IMG/VR virus record: IMGVR_UViG_3300035208_002115
Length of the DNA: 64,000 bases
Strand: one strand, 5' to 3'
Origin: a virus
Lineage: Duplodnaviria > Caudoviricetes
The notes beneath the pieces were generated by a model. The model did no database searches. It was given only the letters and a program-made list of their open reading frames with translations, and had not been told where the DNA came from. The translations under genes were made by a program, and so were the position numbers. Below, in pieces: positions 9,916-21,382 of the stretch. Position 1 is the stretch's first letter. Each line of letters opens with the position of its first letter.

Positions 9916-10680
9916 TTAAATTGCATCTACTGGGTCAAACCAGTATTTGAAAAAATAAAAATTATTTTTTTCAATTGTATATTTTTCATCTTTGTACATT
10001 AAAACTAAATATGGATTACCATCGTTATCAATATCATATCCCAACAATCTAATTGTTGCACCCTCTTTTAATAATATATTTTCTCCCATATTACTTCTAA
10101 TATTAAGGTCGTTCTTTAAATTTTTATAGAAACCCTTATCTGGTATAAACCAGTTGTAAATTATTTTATAGATATAATTATTTAATTTTAGATAATATTC
10201 TCTATCGATATGCCTATACCTTATATCAGTGAATAAATCTGATGTTATTTTTGGTGGTTTATTCAAACCATTAAAATCTTTATATTTAGCGAAATATTCT
10301 TCACCTTGGAATTCGAAAGATAAATAGACATCTATAATATTTTTTTCATTCACAAAGATTCTAAGTATTTTAAAGTTAGTATATTCATCTATTTCTTCAA
10401 TAAACATATCGATGTTCATAGATTTAGCTATAATACCACCCATACTATTTAAAATTCTGGATATATCGTTAGCCATTTGAGAGGTTCGTGAATAATTATC
10501 TCGGTATGGTGATGAATCATCTGAATAAATTGAAATCTGTGGGTCGGATGCAAACCCATAACCCGGCCCCATTCCGTGAGGTTCAATACCAAATTGATAT
10601 TGATTGAATTCTGAATCCTCATTAAGGAAATCATAATTTTCTTTTAGATATGAATATGTGTTGTAACTTATTACTTTCAT
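9916..10680 (-). CDS. putative virion protein
   Basis: Late motif directly upstream; YLKE/FLNE near the N-terminus. Confidence 0.55.
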   Translation of the reverse strand: MKVISYNTYSYLKENYDFLNEDSEFNQYQFGIEPHGMGPGYGFASDPQISIYSDDSSPYRDNYSRTSQMANDISRILNSMGGIIAKSMNIDMFIEEIDEYTNFKILRIFVNEKNIIDVYLSFEFQGEEYFAKYKDFNGLNKPPKITSDLFTDIRYRHIDREYYLKLNNYIYKIIYNWFIPDKGFYKNLKNDLNIRSNMGENILLKEGATIRLLGYDIDNDGNPYLVLMYKDEKYTIEKNNFYFFKYWFDPVDAI

Positions 10681-10748
10681 GATATTATATATTAAAAATA
10701 TCACCCGTATTTTTTAATATATAAGAAAATAAATAATAACATTTTAAA

Positions 10749-11585
10749 ATGGCTAAAAAGATAGTTAAAGAGGAAGAAATAAAAGTCCCGTCAAAGAAAC
10801 TCGTAGTAAAGGAAGAAATGGTTGTTTCTCTGGATGAAAATAAAAATATTATTAAAAAACCTATTCAGGTTATAGTTGAAGAAAAAACTATTGATGAAGA
10901 AGTTGAACAAAAAATAGTTTCTAATTTATCTAAACCTGAAAAGACTGCAAGTATTGATTTTGATATTGATAATAGTATTAATGATTCTTTTATGGAAATT
11001 GAGGCTGAAGAAATGAAAGATGATGATGATATTTTTACAGAACCTGTTGTAAAAGAAAATAAAAATATTATTAATGAAGTAATAATCGATAAACCTAAAG
11101 TAGTAGAGGTAATAAAACCCACTGAGGTTGAAATAAAACCCACTGAGGTTGAAATAAAACCCACTGAGGTTGAAATAAAACCCATTGAGGTTGTAAATAA
11201 AATTAAAGAAGAAGTTAAAGTAGTTAATAATGAAAATAAAAATATAAAATCAGAAGAAAAAGAAAAAAAAGTATCAAGTGACACTAAAATAATTAAAGAT
11301 ACAGCTTCTGAACCACTTAAAAAAACAGAAGTTTTTCATTATAATGCACCTGATAAGGTCAGATTAATTCAAGATAAACCATCTGTACCACTTCAGGCCG
11401 AAGGATTATCTGGGAAAAAATTATATGAAAGTTATTTAGATAGAAAATTTGTTATGATTTACAATGGTGAGTTGCTTTATGATAGTGAAAAATCGAGTTA
11501 TTTACCAATATTTCATAATAACTATTTTGAATTATATTCAATAAAATATTCTTATCGAGGATTGAGAATAAAAATTAAAGAATAA
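10749..11585 (+). CDS. charged low-complexity hypothetical protein
   Basis: 278 aa, Lys/Glu-rich, late motif upstream. Confidence 0.7.
   Translation: MAKKIVKEEEIKVPSKKLVVKEEMVVSLDENKNIIKKPIQVIVEEKTIDEEVEQKIVSNLSKPEKTASIDFDIDNSINDSFMEIEAEEMKDDDDIFTEPVVKENKNIINEVIIDKPKVVEVIKPTEVEIKPTEVEIKPTEVEIKPIEVVNKIKEEVKVVNNENKNIKSEEKEKKVSSDTKIIKDTASEPLKKTEVFHYNAPDKVRLIQDKPSVPLQAEGLSGKKLYESYLDRKFVMIYNGELLYDSEKSSYLPIFHNNYFELYSIKYSYRGLRIKIKE
11111..11194 (+). repeat. 21-bp tandem repeat x4 (IKPTEVE)
   Basis: AATAAAACCCACTGAGGTTGA at 11111, 11132, 11153; variant copy at 11174. Confidence 0.92.
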
Positions 11586-11588
11586 ACA

Positions 11589-13676
11589 ATGAAATTAAAA
11601 AATTTAACAAGTTATAAAGATTTTTTACAAATAAAAGAAGCTAAAGAGTTTACCAATGATACAACTTGGAGTGAAAGTTTATTAGGAAAAGCAGTTGGTA
11701 GTTTACTAAAATTATTTAGTAATGGATTATCTAATGCAGTATTTTTACACTCAATAAGAAATATTAAAGGTGTTGTATTAGATGGTGTTGAAGAATATTT
11801 ATCTGGAAGTACAACTGGAACGATGAGTGGTACAACAGTGAACCCAATTGGTGCGACATCACCCGATGAAAATAACAGTGGAGAATTACAAACCCCTGAT
11901 GGTACACCATCTGGTATCACAAGTGATACAACTGAATCGAATTTACAATTTAAGTTTGGGGATGAAAATCTCGAATTGAAAAAAATGGAAGTTACTAATG
12001 ATGATGGTACAAAAAGTTATATAGATGTTGATAAAAGAGGTCAAGAAGTGCTGACACAACTGAAAGATTCTAAAGATATTAAAAGTATTGTAAATAATGA
12101 GTTTTTTAAAGATTCTATCAACAACTTGGCTATCAGTGAAATATCAAGAAAAATAAATGAATCAATAAAAACATATCAAAAAAATGCTGATGAATTTAAG
12201 AAAATAGAAGCTACAAATCCAAAAGAGAAGAAAGCACTGAATGATTTAGAATTGAAAAATAATAAACTTAAATCGTTGAAGTTGCAAATTACATATGATA
12301 AAGCTGATTTAATGATATTGAAATTTAAATTTGTAAAATTAAGGGAAGCAGTGAAAAAATTAGGTGGTTATATTTCACCCGTTGGAGAATTATTTATCAA
12401 TGGTCAACGTGTTGATTTTGAAACTTTACAACCAATAATAAAACCCGAACCAACAAAAGTAGTTGGGTCTGAAGATAAAAAGAGTGTTGGTGCTGAATTT
12501 AATGATGTGAAAAATGGTAAAATAATAAAGAAAAAAAATATAGTTCCCAAAAATAGTGGAAATACAGTTGAATCATTTTTTTATTTAGAAGATGATATGA
12601 TTAATGAAGCACTATTAGGTGGTTTTACCAGATATAACAAGAAAATTGAAGAACTCACATTACAACAAAAAAATAAAATTGATAAAGAAGCAGCTACGAA
12701 GAAAATAAATTTGAGTAAATTATATTCTTATCATTTATTATCTGAAAGGCAGTATATAAAAGGAGATGGTACTCGTGATGCTAAATTAGAGAATATTTGG
12801 AAACAAGATGTGTATAAAGCTTTATCAAGATTTAATGATTTAGTTAATGTAGAAAGGGTGAACCCATTCTCGCCATCTTTTGCTTTAAATAAAGAACAGA
12901 AAGATAATATTTCCACAGAATCAAAAGATAAAATTGATGCCACAAACACCGCACTTGGTACTGGTAATAGTGTTGCTGAAAGAGTTAAAAGAATTGGTTT
13001 ATCAGAAACACAAGTACCAGCCGAACATTTGAAAGGACGTGGTATAAATGACCTGTATATGTTAAATTTTAAATGGTCAACAAGAAGTAAAACAGTAGCT
13101 GAAAACGAAGCTATGGTTGCGGTCAAATATATGAATATTGGTGGGTTTGATGCCTTATTCTTAATTGATACATATAGTAAAGAATTTATGGATAAATATG
13201 ATATATCTAAAAATAAAATTAAAAATACGAAAGATATAAATTTAATTTCTTTTTTAGTAGGAACAACATTTAATATGGAATCTGGTGGTACACAGAGTAT
13301 AAAAGCTGCAAGTGATTATACACCATGTTTTATTTTTAAAAATAAATTAAAATTTCCAATCACTACGTTGTTTGTAACAAATGAGGTTCATGTTTTTAAT
13401 ATTTTAAAAGTGAATGATAAAGATGAGGTTTTTATACCAACTTTAACGACTAAACATCAAGAAGCTACAACATCAGATGCTATAAAAAAGGCTGTTATGA
13501 ATGATAATTTGTATAAAAAGAAATTAAATATAATAGCGGTTGATATATATCCAGTATTTGGTATACCAAAAGAATCAAGTGGTGAATATGTAACTAAAAA
13601 TAAAATTGACATTAATATTATTAATAATTATGCTAATGAAATAAAAGCATATTTTCAAAAATTAAATTTAGCATAA
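11589..13676 (+). CDS. putative virion/internal head protein
   Basis: 695 aa; SYKDFLQIKE leader and internal INE site. Confidence 0.55.
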   Translation: MKLKNLTSYKDFLQIKEAKEFTNDTTWSESLLGKAVGSLLKLFSNGLSNAVFLHSIRNIKGVVLDGVEEYLSGSTTGTMSGTTVNPIGATSPDENNSGELQTPDGTPSGITSDTTESNLQFKFGDENLELKKMEVTNDDGTKSYIDVDKRGQEVLTQLKDSKDIKSIVNNEFFKDSINNLAISEISRKINESIKTYQKNADEFKKIEATNPKEKKALNDLELKNNKLKSLKLQITYDKADLMILKFKFVKLREAVKKLGGYISPVGELFINGQRVDFETLQPIIKPEPTKVVGSEDKKSVGAEFNDVKNGKIIKKKNIVPKNSGNTVESFFYLEDDMINEALLGGFTRYNKKIEELTLQQKNKIDKEAATKKINLSKLYSYHLLSERQYIKGDGTRDAKLENIWKQDVYKALSRFNDLVNVERVNPFSPSFALNKEQKDNISTESKDKIDATNTALGTGNSVAERVKRIGLSETQVPAEHLKGRGINDLYMLNFKWSTRSKTVAENEAMVAVKYMNIGGFDALFLIDTYSKEFMDKYDISKNKIKNTKDINLISFLVGTTFNMESGGTQSIKAASDYTPCFIFKNKLKFPITTLFVTNEVHVFNILKVNDKDEVFIPTLTTKHQEATTSDAIKKAVMNDNLYKKKLNIIAVDIYPVFGIPKESSGEYVTKNKIDINIINNYANEIKAYFQKLNLA

Positions 13677-14002
13677 TGATAAAAAATTTTAAAAATTTTA
13701 TAAATGAAGATATAGCTGATAAGGTTAAGGATGATTTAGCGCAAGTCATTGACATTGATAAAGAAAAAAAAGATGTCGAAAACATACAGTTAAAAATAGA
13801 AGATGCTAAGAAACAGATTGAAACTAAAAAAACTGAGATGCAATCTGAGGTAGACAAAATGGAAAAACTGGAAATCGAGGATTATAGTGAAGAAAATCAA
13901 AAACTTATGAAAGATAAAATAGAAAAATTTAAAACAGACATTACGAGTCTCGAACAGACTATCAACTTATTTGATATTGAATTGAAAAAATTAAAAGCAT
14001 AA
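13676..14002 (+). CDS. coiled-coil putative internal head protein
   Basis: MIKNFKNFINE leader, heptad-rich. Confidence 0.6.
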   Translation: MIKNFKNFINEDIADKVKDDLAQVIDIDKEKKDVENIQLKIEDAKKQIETKKTEMQSEVDKMEKLEIEDYSEENQKLMKDKIEKFKTDITSLEQTINLFDIELKKLKA

Positions 14003-14010
14003 TTTACATT

Positions 14011-16491
14011 ATGTCTAAACTTGACGAAAAGTATATATTAAATTTACAAAATTTGAGTGATGCCTTAGAATCTTTAGTAGATATACTAAAAGAACAACAT
14101 AAAGCAGGTGGTCAAGCTGGTGGTACAGACACGGTTAATACTATGTTGGGTAATATGGACACTGAAAAGTTTAATAAAATAGTTGATGATTTAAACGATG
14201 TAAAGGCGACAAGCATTCGAATTGAAAATAATACTGATAAAATATTAAAAGAAGTAAAAGATGCCAGAAGTGCTAAAGAATCTGGTATGTTTGGTGAAAT
14301 AGAAGACCCAAAGAACAAATCTAAAATCGTTGATGGTATAAAAGTGGTTGCATTAATAGCTGGTGGTGTGTTGGCTATTGGTTTAGCATTTAAAATAATA
14401 GGTAATGTAGATTTTCTTTCTGTTATAGGTTTAAGTGTTGCAATGTTAATAATGGCTAAAACATATTCAGAAATGTCTAATATGAAAGGTATGAATTGGA
14501 AGAATGTTTTGATTATAAATCTAATGTTGGTTACTATGTCGATAGCCTTGTTAGCATCCAGTGTAATACTTAACCAAATGCCAGATTTATCACCCAAGCA
14601 ATTAATAACAGCTATTGCATTAGGAATAACTATGGGTATTGTGTCATGGGGGTTATTAAAAGGAATCGGTTCATTTGACCCTAAAAATATGTGGATGATT
14701 GCAATAATACCAGTATTAATACCAGCCGTTGCAGGTGGTATATTACTTGCTGCATTAATCTTTACTAAGTTACCTGCATTAAGTTTTAGCCAACTTCTTA
14801 CTGCTATTTTTGTTGGTGTTGCATTAATACCAATTTCATTTGCATTCTCACTGATGGCTAAAGGATTAAAAGGTGCTGATTGGAAATCGGTATTATTTAC
14901 ATCATTAGCAGTACCTGTAATGGCTTCTACAATAGTTGGTGCAAGTTATTTATTTCAAAAAATGCAAGATGTAACATTTAATCAAATGCTTTCTGGTGTA
15001 TTTGTTGGAATTGCTTTAATACCAATCGCATTTGCATTCGCACTTGTGGCTAAAGGATTAAAAGGTGCTGATTGGAAAACTATGTTATTTACATCACTGG
15101 CTATACCAGTGATAGCTGGGGCTTTAGTAGCAGCAAGTGTAATACTTCAAGGTTTACAACCCGTTGAAGACCCAGTGGGTATGATATTAACAAGTATAGC
15201 AATTGGTGTATCAGTACTGGCTTTAGTTCCAGCATTTTTCTTAATATCTAAAATGAAAATGGATATGAAATCCATGTTAATGGGTGCATTGACAATAATT
15301 GTTGTATCTGGTGTTATTATGATATCAAGTCAGATTTTAGCGTTAGGAAAATATGATAATTATCCTTCGGTTGATTGGGCTGCTGGTGTTGGATTGTCTA
15401 TGTTATCGTTTGTTCCAGCAGTTGTTATTCTTGGATTAATTGCAACATCGGGTGTTGGATTAGTTGCAATAGGACTTGGGTTATTATCTGTGATTGGTGT
15501 AGCTGCTGCTATGCTTGCTGTAAGTTATATTTTAGGAATGGGGAAATGGGACAACTTCCCATCGGTTGACTGGGCTAAAGGTGTTGGATTATCGATGTTA
15601 GCTTTTATAGTACCTATGATTGCGCTTGGTACGTTAATAATGGCGACATTTGGTATAGGTGGTTTATTGCTATTAGCAGGTGCTGGAGCTATAATGGGTA
15701 TTGTAAGTTTGATGGTAGATATATCAAATGTGTTCTCATCAAATTCATTTGACAGTTATCCATCAGTTGATTGGGTTAAAGGTGTGACTGGAGCATTAAA
15801 TTCGTTCGGGTCTTTTATAACTAATATGCCTGTTGGTATTTTTGATATGTTAAAAGTTTTATTGTTGGGTAGAGCTATTGTTAATATAGCAAAATTATTT
15901 AATAAAAATGCGAATTTGTTTAATGAACCAAATGTTGCTTGGGTTGATAACATTAAAAATATTTTGGATGTTTTCCAATTGTTACCAGATAAAGATAAAG
16001 CTGATGGATTAAATGCAATTACTAATAGTCTTAATAGAATGGCTATGTTAGGTGCTGCAAATATAATACCTATATTGTTATTGGCTGGGACTATAAGAAG
16101 ATTAAATAGTGCTTTAGATGAATTAAATGAAAAAAATGTTGATAAATTAACACAACTTTCAAAAGGAGTTATGATATTATCTATTATAGACGATTCCAAG
16201 TTGGCCGATGTAATCGAAACGTTAAATGATAAAAAAAGGGAACTATCTACTGTATTTGATGAAAAGGGGTCGTCTTTCATTCAAGATATATTAAATGCTA
16301 AAAATGCTGGTGTATCGACATCACCTATTGGTGGTAGTAACACTGTTAATGCTCAAAAATCCACCGAACCTGAAGAAGATAGAAGTGTTATAATACTACA
16401 AGAAATAAGTGATAAAATAGATACTCTTATAACTAAAATGGAAAAGGTAGAAAAAGCATCTAATGTTGGAACATCTTTAGGTATTGATTAA
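14011..16491 (+). CDS. probable tape-measure-like or ejected membrane protein
   Basis: 826 aa with long Ala/Gly/Ile/Leu-rich repeated hydrophobic segments (AKGLKGADWK x2 at 60-aa period; PSVDW x3). Confidence 0.6.
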   Translation: MSKLDEKYILNLQNLSDALESLVDILKEQHKAGGQAGGTDTVNTMLGNMDTEKFNKIVDDLNDVKATSIRIENNTDKILKEVKDARSAKESGMFGEIEDPKNKSKIVDGIKVVALIAGGVLAIGLAFKIIGNVDFLSVIGLSVAMLIMAKTYSEMSNMKGMNWKNVLIINLMLVTMSIALLASSVILNQMPDLSPKQLITAIALGITMGIVSWGLLKGIGSFDPKNMWMIAIIPVLIPAVAGGILLAALIFTKLPALSFSQLLTAIFVGVALIPISFAFSLMAKGLKGADWKSVLFTSLAVPVMASTIVGASYLFQKMQDVTFNQMLSGVFVGIALIPIAFAFALVAKGLKGADWKTMLFTSLAIPVIAGALVAASVILQGLQPVEDPVGMILTSIAIGVSVLALVPAFFLISKMKMDMKSMLMGALTIIVVSGVIMISSQILALGKYDNYPSVDWAAGVGLSMLSFVPAVVILGLIATSGVGLVAIGLGLLSVIGVAAAMLAVSYILGMGKWDNFPSVDWAKGVGLSMLAFIVPMIALGTLIMATFGIGGLLLLAGAGAIMGIVSLMVDISNVFSSNSFDSYPSVDWVKGVTGALNSFGSFITNMPVGIFDMLKVLLLGRAIVNIAKLFNKNANLFNEPNVAWVDNIKNILDVFQLLPDKDKADGLNAITNSLNRMAMLGAANIIPILLLAGTIRRLNSALDELNEKNVDKLTQLSKGVMILSIIDDSKLADVIETLNDKKRELSTVFDEKGSSFIQDILNAKNAGVSTSPIGGSNTVNAQKSTEPEEDRSVIILQEISDKIDTLITKMEKVEKASNVGTSLGID

Positions 16492-16546
16492 AAATTTTTA
16501 AACAATCTATCATTTTTTGTATATAAATATAAAAACATGTTTTGAT

Positions 16547-16993
16547 ATGAACAATTTAGTATATGCCAAAGTAAAGAAGGGTATTAAAGCATCTAAAAAA
16601 CGAGAATTATACCGTCAATACAAAAAAATTCTAAAATCTAATGGAGATGTTTTATTGAATAAACATAATATTAGGATTGATTGGATTCATAGAATGTGGA
16701 AGGTTTATAATGTACCAGTTGATGAACAAGGAAATATTTATCATTATGGTAGTAAATACTTAAACGAATTAGTTAAAAAAGACTTATCCAGTATTGATAA
16801 AACTTTCATGTCAATGGGGTTATTAGAATTATCAGCACTTATTGAAACGGTAGTTATTGATGATTATAATGTGAAAGTAGTTATTAGTTTCAAACATTTT
16901 GATTTATTAAAAAGAATAAAGAGAAGAATATTATTTTTTTCTATCCTTACATTCGTAGTAACTTTTTTTTCAATTTTATTTATGATTTTATAA
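16547..16993 (+). CDS. hypothetical protein with C-terminal membrane anchor
   Basis: KRRILFFSILTFVVTFFSILFMIL tail. Confidence 0.65.
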   Translation: MNNLVYAKVKKGIKASKKRELYRQYKKILKSNGDVLLNKHNIRIDWIHRMWKVYNVPVDEQGNIYHYGSKYLNELVKKDLSSIDKTFMSMGLLELSALIETVVIDDYNVKVVISFKHFDLLKRIKRRILFFSILTFVVTFFSILFMIL

Positions 16994-17036
16994 ACTTTTC
17001 AGTTTAATGCTTATATAATCATAAAAAACATTTTAT

Positions 17037-17450
17037 ATGGATACTGGAAAATTTAAAGAATTAGACAAAGAGATTATAGATTTCATCGAAGGCGTTGAAT
17101 CTAATCTCAATTTACCAATTGAAATTAAATATCAATACCTCAGTTGTTCTAAACAAAAAGAACTAATTAAAATTATTAAAATCGCTGACCAATTTTCTTT
17201 TTTATTAAAAGCTGAAATATTGGTAATTGTTAATATGGAATATTTTGATGCTTTAACAGACGATATTAAAATTATTCTAATTGAAAGAGAACTTGATAAG
17301 ATAACAGTTAATCATAATACTGGAGCTATTAAATTCTCTAAACCATCTATACAGGTTTCTACTGGACTTGTTAACAAACATGGTTATGAAAATGTGGAAA
17401 GAGCATTAGAGTCTCAACGTGCTTTACAAACAAATAAGGAAGAACAATAA
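17037..17450 (+). CDS. hypothetical protein (possible degenerate phage metallopeptidase-like fold)
   Basis: FDALTDDIKIILIERELDKI resembles the HEL-motif helix but lacks the His residues. Confidence 0.4.
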   Translation: MDTGKFKELDKEIIDFIEGVESNLNLPIEIKYQYLSCSKQKELIKIIKIADQFSFLLKAEILVIVNMEYFDALTDDIKIILIERELDKITVNHNTGAIKFSKPSIQVSTGLVNKHGYENVERALESQRALQTNKEEQ

Positions 17451-17533
17451 TTGTGTGTTCATAATAATGGTTATTTAAATAGTTAAAATAGTAAACAATT
17501 AAATTTGTTACACTTAAAAATAAAAATATAAAA

Positions 17534-18340
17534 ATGAGTGAATTTAAAGAAAAAATAGAACAATTAGAACAATTTAATTTTGCATCCGAGGAATCATTTG
17601 ATATCGATAAAAATTTTGATTTCATCAATGGCTTGGAGTTTGAAAGAACACAGTTGAAAAATTTAGAGGCTGAAACATTTGTTAAAGCCAACGGTGAAAT
17701 ATATCTTGATAAGGTGATTCTCGATAATTTCTTTGCTAAAAAAGAAAATCTTATTAGTTTAATCAGACGATATTCGGCTGATAAAGAAGTATTGAAAGCT
17801 TTAACTGATGAGGTTGGCGGTGGAAAAGATAAACTTTATAAAATAGCAAATTTCCTTTATAATTCTTTCTCACTTCATTTAAATGAGATGAAGTATAAAA
17901 TCACTTTCACTTATGATGAATATGATTTTATTTACAAAACGTTGAATCGTAAAATAAAATATACTTCAGATGAAGTATTTCAATATTTGAGATTATTTGA
18001 AGAAGGTCTTAGTCAATATGATGTTGTTTACAAAGCTACTAAAAAGGGTGAAGACATCGTAGCAGAACTTACAATTGCTAATATAATTCTGTTGTATCAT
18101 TTGATAAATAAATATCAAGTGGTGGGGGTTAATAATGAATTCCGAATTTTTTCAACGGTTTTAAACAAAATTGGAGAAGCTAATCAGGTTTATAATTCAA
18201 TTGTTATAATAAGAGATAGACTTAATGAACAGTTTCAAATGTGGACTACATCTATAACCCCAATAGAAACTAAAGGTGAGACAATTCCAGTTGAAAATAA
18301 GTCAACTCTTAAAATTGTTCCAGCGACTCCTGAAGATTAA
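17534..18340 (+). CDS. hypothetical protein
   Basis: 268-aa ORF. Confidence 0.75.
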   Translation: MSEFKEKIEQLEQFNFASEESFDIDKNFDFINGLEFERTQLKNLEAETFVKANGEIYLDKVILDNFFAKKENLISLIRRYSADKEVLKALTDEVGGGKDKLYKIANFLYNSFSLHLNEMKYKITFTYDEYDFIYKTLNRKIKYTSDEVFQYLRLFEEGLSQYDVVYKATKKGEDIVAELTIANIILLYHLINKYQVVGVNNEFRIFSTVLNKIGEANQVYNSIVIIRDRLNEQFQMWTTSITPIETKGETIPVENKSTLKIVPATPED

Positions 18341-18396
18341 AATTCACATGCACACAAATATGATGGGTAATTACGCACTTAATGACCATCTTTTTT

Positions 18397-18424
18397 CCTC
18401 ACTTTATTTAAAGTGAGGTTTTTT
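18397..18424 (+). terminator. intrinsic terminator
   Basis: CCTCACTTT-ATTT-AAAGTGAGG followed by a T run. Confidence 0.75.
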
Positions 18425-18473
18425 ATTTAAAACAAAACGGTACATTTGTAATATATAATATTATATTTTTAAT

Positions 18474-19007
18474 ATGATGTCTGATAAGTCAATAAATAAT
18501 AAAAGTAAATTTCTCGCATATATCCTAAGACATAAGCCAGAAAAAGCTAATTTGAAATTAGATAAAGATGGTTGGGTACTGGTTAGTGACCTTATAAATA
18601 ATACAGATTTATCAATGTCAGAATTAGAAGAAATAGTTAAAACGGATGATAAAAAAAGATATTCGTTTAATGATGATAAGACTAAAATAAAAGCTAATCA
18701 AGGACATAGTACTAATGTTGTTATTAAATTCACAAAAAAAGTACCACCAGTTGTATTATATCATGGTACTTCATCCAGATTCTGGAAATCTATTCAAAAA
18801 AAAGGATTGGATAAAATGAATCGTCAATATGTTCATCTTTCAAAAGATATTGAAACTGCGTATAAAGTTGGTATTCGTCACGGTGAACCAATAGTTTTAA
18901 AAATAGATTGTTTATCGATGGTTAAAGATGGATATAATTTTTTCATTTCTGATAATGGTGTATGGTTAACAGATAATGTTCCACCAAAATACATCACAAA
19001 AAAATAA
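18474..19007 (+). CDS. kptA: RNA 2'-phosphotransferase (KptA/Tpt1)
   Basis: SKFLAYILRHKP, DDKKRY, ANQGHS, LYHGT, RQYVHLS, NGVWL. Confidence 0.95.
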   Translation: MMSDKSINNKSKFLAYILRHKPEKANLKLDKDGWVLVSDLINNTDLSMSELEEIVKTDDKKRYSFNDDKTKIKANQGHSTNVVIKFTKKVPPVVLYHGTSSRFWKSIQKKGLDKMNRQYVHLSKDIETAYKVGIRHGEPIVLKIDCLSMVKDGYNFFISDNGVWLTDNVPPKYITKK

Positions 19008-19016
19008 AAATATAAA

Positions 19017-20120
19017 ATGGATACAAACTTATTATTAAATTACCTTAAAACTGATTCACCATCTACATATGAAGTAGAAGCACAAAAATTATGGGTGGCT
19101 GAAGCATCCAAATACGCTGATAATATTATAACAGATAATTATGGTAATGTAGCAGCTCTTATATGTGGTAAATGCACTGGTGACGATATTGGAAACCCTA
19201 TTCATAAGAAAGTAGTAATAGATGCTCATTGTGATGAAATAGGTTGGATTGTAAAATCTATAAATGATGATGGTTATATTAGTGTTGTTAGAAATGGCGG
19301 TACAGACAATGATATAACTATTGGTCAAAAAATAAAAATATTAACTAACCAAAGATATGATGATGGTGGTATAAAAAAAGTACAAGGATTCTTTGGTTGG
19401 ATTCCAATTCATTTGAAGAAAAAAGAAAATCCAGACAGACCAACTGAAGATAATATTTTTATTGATTTAGGTGTTATTTGCAAAAAAGACGTTGAGGAAT
19501 TGGGTGTTGAAGTTGGTAATTTTGTGGTAGTTGATAGAGAGCCAGAAATTTTGCATGACAAATATATAGTTGGCAAATCAATAGATGATAAAATTGGTGG
19601 ATTTATACTTTTGAGTATATTAAAAGAAATACGCACTCAAAATATAAAATTACCATATGATTTATATGTTGTTAATTCTGTTCAGGAAGAAATAGGACTT
19701 CGAGGTGCAGCTATGATAACAGAAACAATTAAACCAGATATAGCTATCTGTTTTGATGTCTCTTTTGACACTACAACACCACTTATTGATAAATCTAAAT
19801 ATGGTACATATAAAATCGGAGATGGTTTAATATTTAATCAGGGGTCAGATGTTCATCATGGTCTATTAGAACTTATGAAAAGTGTTGCTAAAAAGAATGA
19901 AATAAAACATCAAATTGAAATTCATAGAGCTGGTGGCACAAACACATATAGTTACTATTTATCGAACGGTGGTGTAGTTGCTGGTACAGTTGCTTTTCCA
20001 TTAAGATATATGCACACACCAAATGAACTTGTTGCTATGGATGATGTTGAATTGGCAATAAAGTATTATATTATATTATTACAAGAAATAAAGGAAAACC
20101 ATGATTTTAAATTATTCTAA
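19017..20120 (+). CDS. M42 family aminopeptidase
   Basis: AHCDEIG, DDKIG, VQEEIGLRGA, YMHTPNE. Confidence 0.93.
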   Translation: MDTNLLLNYLKTDSPSTYEVEAQKLWVAEASKYADNIITDNYGNVAALICGKCTGDDIGNPIHKKVVIDAHCDEIGWIVKSINDDGYISVVRNGGTDNDITIGQKIKILTNQRYDDGGIKKVQGFFGWIPIHLKKKENPDRPTEDNIFIDLGVICKKDVEELGVEVGNFVVVDREPEILHDKYIVGKSIDDKIGGFILLSILKEIRTQNIKLPYDLYVVNSVQEEIGLRGAAMITETIKPDIAICFDVSFDTTTPLIDKSKYGTYKIGDGLIFNQGSDVHHGLLELMKSVAKKNEIKHQIEIHRAGGTNTYSYYLSNGGVVAGTVAFPLRYMHTPNELVAMDDVELAIKYYIILLQEIKENHDFKLF

Positions 20121-21382
20121 TTTAAAAATTGGTGATAAATTTAAATGTGTAAAATCCGTAGATAATATTTTTGATTACCCACTATTTATAAAAGAAAATA
20201 TTTATGAGATTTTATATTTCGATGAACAAACAGATTCAATTGTATTAAATCACATTCTTTATGCTTGTGAATATGCTGAATTTAATAAAAAATTTATTGA
20301 AGATAATTTTGATATAATTTAATTTTTTTTTATTTTATGACATTGGAAAGATATATTAACGAGAAAATCAAATCATTAACCGACACTATTAGTAAAACAA
20401 CAGATGTGAAAAGTCTAAAAGAATTGACCAAAGCTCGTGATAATTTACTTAGATTGAAAAATTTTTAATTATAAATCATGAATGGTAGAAAATTATTCAG
20501 GAAATATGCACAAAGTACAGGTAAAATAGCCAAGGAATTTGTTGAAATTAAACCTGAAATGTATGATTATGATACATTAATCACAAAAGATGGTAATGGT
20601 AATATCGAATCGACTTTTATCAATTATAAAGATATGGTACATTGGATTATTAAAACATTACCATAAAAAACAAATAGTAATATGGAAGAAATATATGGTA
20701 CAGTGACAGTAGGTGCTGGCACAAGCCAACAAAAAGAAATAGGTATTGTTGATTTTGTCCAAGCATCTTTTAAAGATAATAGACTTATCACCGTCTCAAC
20801 ACTTGAAAATGATGAAGGATATTTATTAACTATCGAAAATCCTAATTCATCAGGGAGAAATCCCACTCAAAGTATGTGGTTATCTAAAGAAAGTTTTATG
20901 GGATTGGTGACAACATCATTTATATTCTGGAATTGTAAAAACGAAAACTTGGAATCATTATTACAAAATTCTGTCATAGATAAAGATGTTGATTATAGAA
21001 TATCTGGTAATTTACACAACTTTGATGAAAAAAAAATATAGAATAAATGGGCAAAAGAGTGGAACAATGGAAAAGTATAAATAAACTGGAATTCGAAATT
21101 AGGGGTTTAAAATGTGATTACTGTGATTATCGAGATGATAGTGTAAAATTCACAGAATATCTTAGTAGCATCGGAAAGAAATGTCCAAAATGTGGTAATA
21201 ATTTATTGACTAAAAAGGAATATGACGATTGTGTAAAAATTTATATTAAAATGGCACAACTCGAAAAGGTATTGGGTATATTTAAATGGTTCAACCCATT
21301 AAATTATTTCCGTTTTATTTTTGGTATTAAATGTAAAACATATACCTTCACTAAAGATTATCCAAATAGAAATATAGAATGA
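20101..21382 (+). other. small hypothetical CDS (20101-20322, 20478-20666, 20682-21041, and 21047-21382 with a CxxC..CxxC zinc ribbon)
   Basis: Co-directional ORFs; CDYC/CPKC in the last one. Confidence 0.6.

Noticed and set aside
10865-16280. Antisense ORFs (10865, 11612, 12731, 14112, 15756) and similar shadow ORFs elsewhere
   Set aside because: They lie opposite long genes, are Ser/Phe/Leu-rich mirror translations and have no motifs.
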